A stretch of 64,000 nucleotides of DNA, taken from contig OZ281500.1 of assembly GCA_965637545.1 (NCBI GenBank), positions 23,498,001 to 23,562,000 on the forward strand, given 5' to 3'. Position numbers and translations under genes: made by a program. The notes beneath the pieces are model-generated. The model worked only from the letters and a program-made list of their open reading frames with translations. It was not told the DNA's origin and searched no databases. The first letter of the stretch is position 1, and every line of letters starts with the position of its first letter. The DNA comes from Phallusia mammillata (taxonomy: Eukaryota). Shown one piece after another: positions 1 to 9,800 of the stretch.

Positions 1-525
1 CTTCCCCCAAGAAAACCAGAATGAAAAGGTGCGTAAAAATGAATGGTCGCGTGCGAAAGAATGAAACGGTTTCGCAAACGAGTATTGTGCAGTCAACCGT
101 AGCAAAACGCATTGCTTTGTGCCAGTTGTCAAGACTAGATGATAAACTTAGGAAATATTTTACAGTCCATACGAAACCATTTTGAGCTCTGGTAATTCTT
201 TTTTAATGAACTACTTTGAAATGAAGTAACTGTATATTATGAAGAGGCTGGTTGTATAAACTCTCTATTGTTTAAAACCGTATCGAATCTAGGTTTACTC
301 TAACCCTAATCTAAAATAGATTTGCTTTAGCTGCAATAAATAATTCAAACTAGGGTTCTTAGTTTGGCAACGTTTTAAATTCAACAAGCAAATGTCTCAC
401 AACAGTTACGCAGTCCAGCAAAAGACCAGTTTTAATTTGACATCTGATAAGAAAAGGAGTTCTTTGGCAAATGCAACTACCTATAGAAAAATACTGCTCT
501 CAAAAATCTCAATATTTTCCATCAG

Positions 526-2608
526 ATGCGCCGTCTCCTGTTGCGACAGCGACTTTAGCGGCGACGACGAAAGCTGCGTAAAAAAAACAAAGCGGAAAAA
601 ACGGAACGGTTCCGCAATTCCGCGTCATTACCGGAAATTCCTTCAGTTCTGCGATCGATATTGGACACTAGGGGAGCGTGGTTCGCGCTGGATGCAACCT
701 CTGACTGATGACGAAGACGATTACGACGATGATGACGTCATCTCCGGCTACGAATCGAACTCCAACGAATGCACGTGGTCGGATTCCCGGGAAATCGCGG
801 GAACGGAGAAAGTCCCGGCGGATTTGCAGAAAAATTCCGAGGAAAAACGGGAAAGGAGTTTTTCCGCGATTCCCGATGTAAAGTTTATCAACGAAACTGG
901 CAAGGATTCGATTGAAGAGAAACAGAAAAGGTTGGTGACAATTTGCTCCAGTATATAGAAGCACATGCCACCGGGTAAAGTAAAATACAGATTAAAAGAC
1001 GCACTAAAGCAGTTGAGAGCCAAGTCTACATATAAAGGGCAAAAAAGATTAATGCAGACTATGAAGTGAATAAATTGTTAGGTGACCTTTATAAACGCAA
1101 AAGTTTACCAGTCTTTACACTGCAGCTAAGGGAAACCCAAAATATACATAGATAGAACTTCGAATTGACCTTTCAACGCCTGTAAACAGTTGCAATATTT
1201 TATATAATCGTCAGGTGCTCTCATATTTCGTATGATAGACAGACAAAAACGACACATAAAAAGGTTCGCGAAAAAAGGATTCACAGAAAAAAATTAATAT
1301 TAACAATCGATAACTACCAATAGCGTAACTCAAATTTGCTTTATTCCAGCGCAAGCGTAATCAACCTCTCAGCGCCCGAACATTTGGCGGCAAATCACCA
1401 TAACAACGGACTCAACAGGGGAAAATCCACCGGATGTCTAGAAGTGCTCAACCGTGACGCCCGTAATCGGTCAAGCGGATCGATCGTTAGTCTCGCGGCA
1501 GAGAAAAAACAGAACCAGCAAAAGTACGAAAGCAAGAGCGACACCGAGCGATCAAACGTGTTGCGCCATCGAGTGTTGAATTCAATCACTAATATGAAGG
1601 GATTCACCAAAGTCGCTAAGGTATGTGATGTGAAACTGATACATGTGTGGATTTACATTTGTCATTAGTTTGAAACATTTGACAGATTAAAATGATTGTG
1701 ACGTCAGAATAAAATATTTTATGACGTCATGACGAAATACTCAGGAATAATTGTGACGTCAGATTGGAGTATTTGTGACGTCAAATTGACATGTTTGTAA
1801 AGTCAGAAAGAAATATTTGTGACGCCAGATTGGAATAATTGTGACGTCAGATTGGAGTATTTGTGACGTCAGAATGAAATATTTGCGACCTCAGAATCAA
1901 ATATTTGTGACGTCAGATGAAAATACTTGTGACGTCAGATTGAAATGTTTTGTGACGTTAGACTAAATCCTTGATAAGCTATTGCTGCCAGGCATAATGT
2001 TAGACCAAGTATTGCTCATCCAGCAGTTTTTATTGTAAACAATCGACGTTTCGACGTCCTATACAAGACGCCTTCATCAGGATAATGACATAACTTGCAA
2101 GACGAATGTCTTTTAAAGCGACAAAATGCTTTAAAAGACACTTTGTCGCTTTAAAAGACATTCGTCTTGCAAGTTATGTCATTATCCTGATGAAGGCGTC
2201 TTGTATAGGACGTCGAAACGTCGATTGTTTACAATAAAAACTGCTGGATGAGCAATACTTGGTCTAGATCCTTAAAGTTTAAAAAAACGGTTTCCAAGAC
2301 GCCAAACTTCCATATTCAATTTTACGGAATGTAAAAATAGATTTAAAAATATCAAATTTGCCCTGCAGAGCGATACAGGCAAACGGAAGAAGAAAAGATG
2401 CAAGCAGAAAGCGAATGCGAAGAAGAGAAGACAGCAGGAGAAGGAGGATGAGCAAGAGAGGCAGGATCTGGAGCAGGAAGAATGGAAGAGCGTTGCGCGC
2501 GCGGTCGACATCATTTTCTTTCGCATTTACGTCATATTTATTCTTGCGAGTCACATAGGGTTGCTGGGCGCGGTTTTCGCGAGTTGGAACTCCGAGGATC
2601 GCAGTTAA
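526..2608 (+). CDS. Cys-loop (pentameric) ligand-gated ion channel, 5-HT3/nicotinic-like: M3-M4 loop and M4; 5' part lies upstream of the window
   Basis: Exons 526-930, 1350-1620 and 2369-2608 (TAA 2606-2608) join in frame at AG/GT sites (phases 2 and 0). A probable further exon end at 1-28 (SPKKTRMKR|gtgcgt) is also phase-compatible. The last exon reads ...EQEEWKSVARAVDIIFFRIYVIFILASHIGLLGAVFASWNSEDRS*, matching the amphipathic MA helix plus M4 pattern of cationic Cys-loop receptors (cf. 5-HT3A DWLRVGSVLDKLLFHIYLLAVLAYSITL). That frame is not in the ORF track. Confidence 0.8.
1697..1963. repeat. 22-bp minisatellite, ~12 units, consensus TGTGACGTCAGATTGGARTATT, containing the CRE palindrome
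   Basis: Units read directly; 8 carry a perfect TGACGTCA and 3 carry ATTGG (reverse CCAAT). Lies in the last intron of the ion-channel gene. Confidence 0.9.
2039..2086 (-). ncRNA. Minimal type I hammerhead ribozyme motif (family A), mirror copy in the left arm
   Basis: Exact reverse complement of 2181-2228; TCATCAG at 2074-2080. Confidence 0.7.
2181..2228 (+). ncRNA. Minimal type I hammerhead ribozyme motif (family A)
   Basis: auuauc-CUGAUGA(2187-2193)-a-stem II (cgucuu/aggacg, loop guau)-c-GAAA(2215-2218)-C-GUC(2220-2222)-gauugu. Helix III is the loopless ACGU palindrome; stem I is short (auc/gau). Confidence 0.7.
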
Positions 2609-3518
2609 AGTGTTGGCGTAAAAGTTTACCTGTGTGGGCTACGTTAATGCTGCGACAGTGCTTGCGAAACAATGAAGGTTACGGTAGAGTGTTCCTATAA
2701 AAGTAACTACGTCATTGTGCGGTAACGCAAAAGCAGTCAACAAAAGCAAACTATCAGCAGTGTTTCATAATTTTTTGTTCCGCTACCGTTTCCGTCACAA
2801 GTATAATATTGGTACTTCACACTTTAACCTGTCCAACACCATAACGCGATTGCTCAAAGATATATGGTGCAGAAAAAAACAAATTTTAAAGCAATTTGTC
2901 CATTAGATAATCCAGCAAAATATATGACAAAAATGCATGGAGAATGCACCAGCATAGCTTTCAAAAGATTTGTACATTTCAGCACTAGCTTATCGTTGAG
3001 CACATAGTTTTAGTGTTTAGTTTTGCTTAAGTGTTACTTCATGTGTTCATTTTTTTTTCTTTATGCTTTTTTTCGTATATGATTACAGAATTGTGTGTAA
3101 CCCAATGCCTGGTAACCCTACTATGCGCCGAAATTCTTAATTCAACTTGTTGGTAACGTTTCGCCTTTGCGATTAATACATTAAATAAAGTGAATTCCGC
3201 AAGACGCAGTTAAACAAGTGTTAACACTTTTGCAGGAAAGCAGTTTAAAACCAGAATAACTCGCTTCTTTAAACAACCTAAAGAAAATGTTATCCAATAA
3301 ATCCTACTTTTCATAACAAACACCCTTTCTACTGAACCAAGAGAATAAAATTATATCAGCAACAGTCACGCATGACATGAAAAGCATCCAAGAGACATTG
3401 TTATGGAAAGTATAAAGCCTTCTGCTCCATGTCAAAGCACCAAGCCAATAGCCTGTTACTTCCAACAAACTGGAGTGCCGTTAGATAGCTACAATAGCCA
3501 ATACAGCATATGTCTTGT

Positions 3519-3575
3519 CACCAGCGGCACTGATGAGACCTTATAGGTTGAAACAGTGTGCAGCTGTCTGCAGCA
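3519..3575 (+). ncRNA. Hammerhead-like motif, family B (GUG at the cleavage position)
   Basis: gca-CUGAUGA(3530-3536)-GACC-uuaua-GGUU-GAAAC-A-GUG-UGCA. Homologous copies at 17577 (+) and 55013-55060 (-). Confidence 0.55.
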
Positions 3576-3852
3576 TATGCTCTGTTTTTTTTCAATTTTA
3601 TCTACAACCAATTTAAAAGACAAAAAGGGGCTAACAACCTATGGGGCTAACAACCGACATCAGAAAATATAATCGACTATTCGATTATATTAGTCAAACT
3701 GCTTCGCTACTAGTGCTTTCCCCTTAAACAAAACTATTCGAGCACTTTAAGAATCAAATTCTGCTGAGTCGTATTTTTTACGATTCAAAATTCTGTGCTT
3801 CAAATCCGAACATAAAATTTTAAAAAAGATTGAAAAAACACAAAAAACTCAC

Positions 3853-6800
3853 TTTGCGTTGAAGTCATCCTGGGAGAGGTTGTAATAAAACTCCTCTATG
3901 AGCTCATAATCGACCATTGCTCTGTCGATTCTCTCCGTGTGTTGTAGGAGCTGCTCTGGAACTCCTTTCATCCAATCCCGCATCTCTGTCAGTTCTTCAA
4001 TCGTGTTCGGTTTCTCGAATAACTTCCGGCTGATGAACTTGCAATCTTCGCAAGCCTGCGATTGGTCGAAAGAAATCACGTGATTAAATGTTCAAATTGT
4101 ATTGACCTCTGACCTTTTATTTATGCATGATTAAGTTTTGCACATGTATTTTATTTATTGTTGGTTTTGCTCGATTCGAGTTTTCTGCAATTATGTTTCT
4201 AATATAACTAGCTGTTCTATGCATTTTACGTTTTATTTACTTGGTAATTGTTGCAATGTAAATATAATTTTAAAACGAGGCTTTTCCCAGTCCGAAAATC
4301 TTTGTCGCAAGGTAAAAAAATAAAAAACATCCAAAAACCCAACTTAAATAATCCTATTTTGTACAAAAACGATACAGTATTCGAAAACCTCTGATAACTA
4401 AAGGTAGGTGGGGATTCAAACCCAAATAATATAAATATTTAATGTCAGTTTTTTTTTTAAACAACACAATTGCTAAGGCCCAATTCATAAGTTTTTCAGG
4501 CAAAAAGCCAAACAGGCAATTATTTTGATTCAAAGTTTACACTCATAAGTGAAGCTTACCTCATCTGCTTGATCTCGAAGCTTTTTGGCGAGCAACTCAA
4601 GCACAGCGTTTGCCAGAGTCTTGCGTTTCTTTGACAGAGACTGCCTGAGATTCTCCGTGCCGACCCAGAAAGCTCCCACAACAATACTGGATGGGATGGT
4701 TGCTTCAAGGCGCTCCTTTTCAAGCAGATGCATATCGACTTCGGCTTTGACTTGCGCAGCTGTGTGCTCTTGTGCATCAAATTCCCTGTGAACGATAAAA
4801 TTGTAAGGCCTGGCTCTGAGATGAATACATTCATAACTGGGATCAGCCCTGAAGCGTCGATGCAGACCAGCGATCACGGCACACCCTTTGTAAATCATAA
4901 TAGGCCAGGCTCGTTAAAGGCGTTATACCGAATCAAGCCTTACTATGAAACGACTCTTGGTCGAATTTACACCGTTTGATAAAATTAACATAAAACTAAA
5001 ACCTTGATTAAATATATAGTAAAACACAAGTAATATAAAAAAAAAATAGGAAAACTACTTTTAATGAATATTTTTTTGTTTCTTATGTCTTTACTTCCTA
5101 AGTTTACTTTCTCAAACCATATTTTATTTTATTTTGTCGCCTTACACAGCGTAAACTTTAAAAATTTTAACCATTGATCTATGCAGGAATATTAAACCCG
5201 ATATAACGATGCCTACTTACTTGATATATTCGTCAACATCTAGGTTGTTGAGAGCTAAATGTTGTTCGTATTCTTTCGCGTAAGCTTTCATCGGAATCAC
5301 AGCTTTCTGTACTGCGTATCTGCAGATATACAAATAAGAAACAGATGACAAGACGTTTACATGGTGGTCGAATGTAAACAAATTGTAAACCATATCAACA
5401 TCATAAATATTTTTGAGAAGTTATACCATTTTGTTAGGTTTTTGCTTTTCTACATCATAAATAAAATAAAAGGCAATGTTCCATTATCAAAACTTAACAG
5501 AGACTGTTAAAACGTGAGTATTAAATAAATAAACGTTTTCTGGCAGTTTTGTTTTTGGTTGTAGTACTGCTACGTCCATGTTCAGGCTTTCTAAGCTCTC
5601 AGGTGTGGTTTGCAATCACATGCTATTTTATACGGTTCAAGCTAAATATGAAGTTATGATTCAAAACCCATATGAAAAGTTTTTGTTTTACATTATACAT
5701 TTCCTCACATTTGAAAATCATATAACTAGAAACTTACGTCCATCACATAAATGAGAACTTTTAGAAATCATATGAAAAGAAACTCATAAAACTCATATGA
5801 AAAGAAAACTATGAAAACTTTCTGAACAGAAACATATAAATCACATGATGGAAAATTTGCTCACATGATGCTCTTCCTCAACTCTTCCACGTGAGGTTCG
5901 TGAGCTCCGACGGATTCAAGGAGTGATGATCCTCTCCAGAATAATTCCTCCAGGACGAATCTCTCAAGTTGTGGGACATTTTGGGTGGAACCGATCGCTT
6001 TATCGAAAAGCCCAACCATGGATGGCTCGAAGTTGTCCAGTGGAGTACTGAAGTGGACTCCAGTTTGATCTAAGAGATTAAAATGATTTTTGTGAAATTT
6101 GAATTCAAGACAAGGAAACACAACGACTAGTTAATTGATGAAGTAGAAACGATAATAAAAGTCGTTACCGTTTCAAGTACCAGAAAAATCCCTACAAACA
6201 CTAATAGTCATGTTGATGTGGGAAATAAAACAATGATTCAAAGCGTTTTCGTAAGATAGATAAAAGTCAGTTTAATTAAACTATAATGAAAACAATTTAA
6301 AGCCAAAAATGTTAATACTAGACACGGGCTTGAAAAAACGCTTTACCAAACAATAAATTGCTAAAGAGTTTGTCAGCGTTTAACAACGTTATTTACATAT
6401 CCCTGAAAAAATTGTGACGAAAACAGTAGTTTAAAGTGTGTGCACTCACCCATGACGAGGTCGATGACGAAAAGCGGGTTTCGTTTTGGTTTAAAATCCG
6501 ACACCAGAAGGGTATTCCCCCATTTCATGTCGTCCTCGCAGGGAAAAGTTTGGTGACAGGCGTCGATTATCATGTGAGTAAAATTGCTCAGCGAATCTTG
6601 GACCAGGTAACGGAGCGAGTCCTGCGTATAAAGTAAGTGTAATGTAGCAGTGGTGACTTGGTTTGAGCAGTGGTGACTAAGCAAAGACTTAATTTGAGTA
6701 ATGAATTTGCAAAAAATCAACCTATTTGACTTGTGACTTAGCAAATGCTCAACTGTAGCGGACTTGAGTCGTGACTCAGCCAACGTTTAACTTGACTTGT

Positions 6801-9800
6801 GTCAAAACTCAGCTAAGACTCGACTTGACTAGAGTCGTCATTCAGCAAATGCTTGACATGACCTGAGTGGTGACTCAGGAAATGCTCGACTTGACTTGAG
6901 TCGTGACTCAGCAGAGACTTGACTTGAGTCGTGACTCAGCAAATGCTCGACTTGACTTGGGTCGTGACTCAGCAAATGCTCGACTTGACTTGGGTCGTGA
7001 CTCAGCAAACGCTCGACTTGACCTGAGTGGCGACTCCGCATAGTTTTATAAAACTATATATTGACTACTCGCATACTTGCCTTTATCCGAGTAATAATCT
7101 ACAAACACTTGATCAGGTTTACTTTTAAACTTGTTTTGGTCGGGAAGTCCGAAAATATAAATTTAAACCATTATTTCACCTGCATAATAAACTTGACCAT
7201 TTCCATGTATTTCTTGAGTTTGGAGATCCTGTAAACTTCCCAGTTGCTCTCGTACATGTTAAACCAGCCCTTCCCCACGTACTGGAAGCTGCTGCGCACA
7301 ACACTGCGCAGCGTGGTGATCCAAGAATCACGAAGGAAGAGTTGGACCTGAAGAGAAAAATAAAAACAATATAACGATAAAGAAAATGTGTTATTTATTT
7401 AAACATGTATATAATTAAGGAATTAAAGAAGACGGTAATAAGTGCAATATTATATACAGACCTGGTTTCAGCTACAGTCCAAGTGGTATACTTTGCTACA
7501 TGTTAAATAAGTAGTGAGTAAGTTTGTTTGCACACATAATATTCTATCAAAAAAACGAAAATAAGAAAAAGCAAAAAAAAGAAAATTAATAATCATGATA
7601 ATAAATGTTAGAAGTTTAAGAGCAAGCCGTTACGTACAAGCTACGTTCATTCAATATTTAATGTCTATTAAACTTTGAGAACACGCTTGAACTTACTACT
7701 AACGCATAGCAAACCAATTGATCCTGGACAATGTTAGGCAACACATATGTATTTTTCAATGTACCTGAGTGTAAGCCTGAGATTGGGTTTGTTCAAATTC
7801 TTCAAGCTTCATGCTTTTAGTGAGTGTTGTGTTGAAAAGTGACATTAACTTGACCTTGTTGCACTCAGTATGGACCTGTGATGGGATATGAAAACACAAT
7901 GGTGATGTTTATTGCACACAAAGTGGCATGTCAGGCTGGGCTATTTGGGTTAGGTTCGGGCTTATGATTGAATAAAACGGGATTGATTCGGGCCTGATTT
8001 CACAGTTGGCATCTTTTGCCACAGTTTTATCAACTTTTGGGTTTTCCCTTAGTAAATCTAAGTTTCGGGCAAATAGATTGGTTTACTAGGGAAAAAATAG
8101 GTTATACATTACGATCATATGACTAGGAAAAAGTTTAGAACATTGTTTACAGATATGTTCATAAGTTTAATGATGAAAATAACGGCCCAAATAGACGTAA
8201 AAAGCGACATGCTTTATTGTTCAAACGTTTCGACAAGTGCTGATGTCACCAAGGGAAAAGTTGTTTAGAAAAATCGAAAACAAAAATCAAACAAACACTC
8301 CATCATGAAGAAGGTTTTCAAGCTAGCGAAAAAACGAATCCCACCTTTCCTGATGCCTTAATAGCCTCCACTCTTGTCCATATCGAGTTAAAAGCAAAAC
8401 AATCTCTTTGCTCTTCGAAATCGTATTCCTCCACATCGTCTGGTGGACCTGAGATGAAAAATGGACAGTGGTGTAAAACTTACTGTGATAAAACGGAAAT
8501 TTGTGATGTTATGTGGGCTTCTATATCATTTGACCGAAAATATTCTGTACACCTATGTTAAAAGCAGAGTTGTGGAATCTTACGTTTCCCGTCGCATGAC
8601 TTTTCTTAAATATTGTGTGATATTTCGGATTCATAATATTTTGGGCGACTCTTGACTTTAGCTAATTTTCGTTAAAAAAAAGCAGCAATAAACCTTACAA
8701 GGCCAACATGAAGGCTTTATGACTCCACAACACTGGTTAAAAGGCAAATTAATTGCGTGTCTATAAAGTTTTTTTGTAAATCCAAATTTTTCCTATTAGT
8801 CATGTAAACGGGAAATAAGTCATGTAAACGGAATAGCGAAAGCAAAGCAGAGTTTTAAAGCTTTTGACTGAAGTTTGTTACGTCACAAGTATTTCACAAT
8901 CTCATTGTGAGTCACAAAAGCATTGTTATGTAGCATCATGATGTAACAGTAGACAACAGCTTTACAGTAAATGAAGTAGGTTGTTAATTGTTCTTTAATT
9001 TGAACAGAACTTTTCGACTATATGACCAACAAGAAGAATTATTGTCATTCCCAAGAACTTTTTTTGATTTGTGCTTTTCAAATAAAACACAAGTTGTCCA
9101 ACCTATTGTTACGCAATAAAGCCTACGGAGCCATTTTGTGTCCAAAATGACACAGCAGGGAAAGAAAAATAACACATAAATTGTCTGATTTTTACAAACT
9201 GGAGAGCATAGACGCGAATTTGATTCACCAAACTGAATGCAAATTTCGGGTTCTAACATTTCATCGCAATATTAAAAGCTAAATTGCTGTTTTTCATGTA
9301 AATTTAGCCGCTTAGTGGACTAACTAAAAGTGCTCATATTTGTATTGGACAGGGGCAGTTATGTTAAACTAAATTTAACTGCATTATAATACTTATTTTA
9401 CTTGTTAAAACAAAGTAACAGTCAACTAGATTAAATTCAAGAGTTAAAACCCACATTTACAACAAAACTTTGTAATTCAGTTTACAAAGCAAGTACATCT
9501 CAACATTGTATTTAAACTTTTGAATTCAAATAATGCCAGTCATTAAAAATTTGCTGTTAGTATAAAAGTTTCCACAAAAAAATCATGCATCTGTTTTATT
9601 AAATTTTAACAACCAGGGAAATTTAACCAAATATATGCCTTATAATTAGATAATAGTTCGATTCACCTGCGGCCATTGAGATTTCCGATTCAGGTTCAGG
9701 CATTGTGACGTAAGCAAACGCTTTCGGACTCCGCGAAACGACGTTGTCGAAAGTTAGTTTGTTCATTGTTCGTTTGAAATCGACTCCAACTTGTCTTTCC

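Larger units (their letters stand above)
1974..2266. mobile_element. Foldback element: two inverted 125-bp arms (2001-2125 / 2142-2266), 16-bp spacer, plus a left-arm extension at 1974-1998; Penelope-like pseudo-LTR fragment
   Basis: The arms are exact reverse complements (TAGACCAAGTATTGCTC...GCGACAAA / TTTGTCGC...GAGCAATACTTGGTCTA). Each arm holds a hammerhead core followed by AATAAA. Related copies occur at 51753-51860 and 59758-59831. The Penelope assignment is inferred from the known link between minimal hammerheads and Penelope-like element LTRs. Confidence 0.85.

Noticed and set aside
1697-1963. CRISPR-like look of regularly spaced palindromic repeats
   Set aside because: The inter-palindrome segments are ~12 nt and homologous to each other, not unique spacers. 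The context is a eukaryotic intron with no cas genes.
2272-2700. ORF-track ORFs 2272-2526, 2279-2554, 2358-2558 and 2482-2700
   Set aside because: Shadow or antisense frames of the true last exon (2369-2608), which is in a frame the track did not list.
6838-7041. ORF with 11-aa repeats (HLLSHDPSQVE)
   Set aside because: Translation of the 33-bp minisatellite inside a dynein intron; no splice-phase fit.
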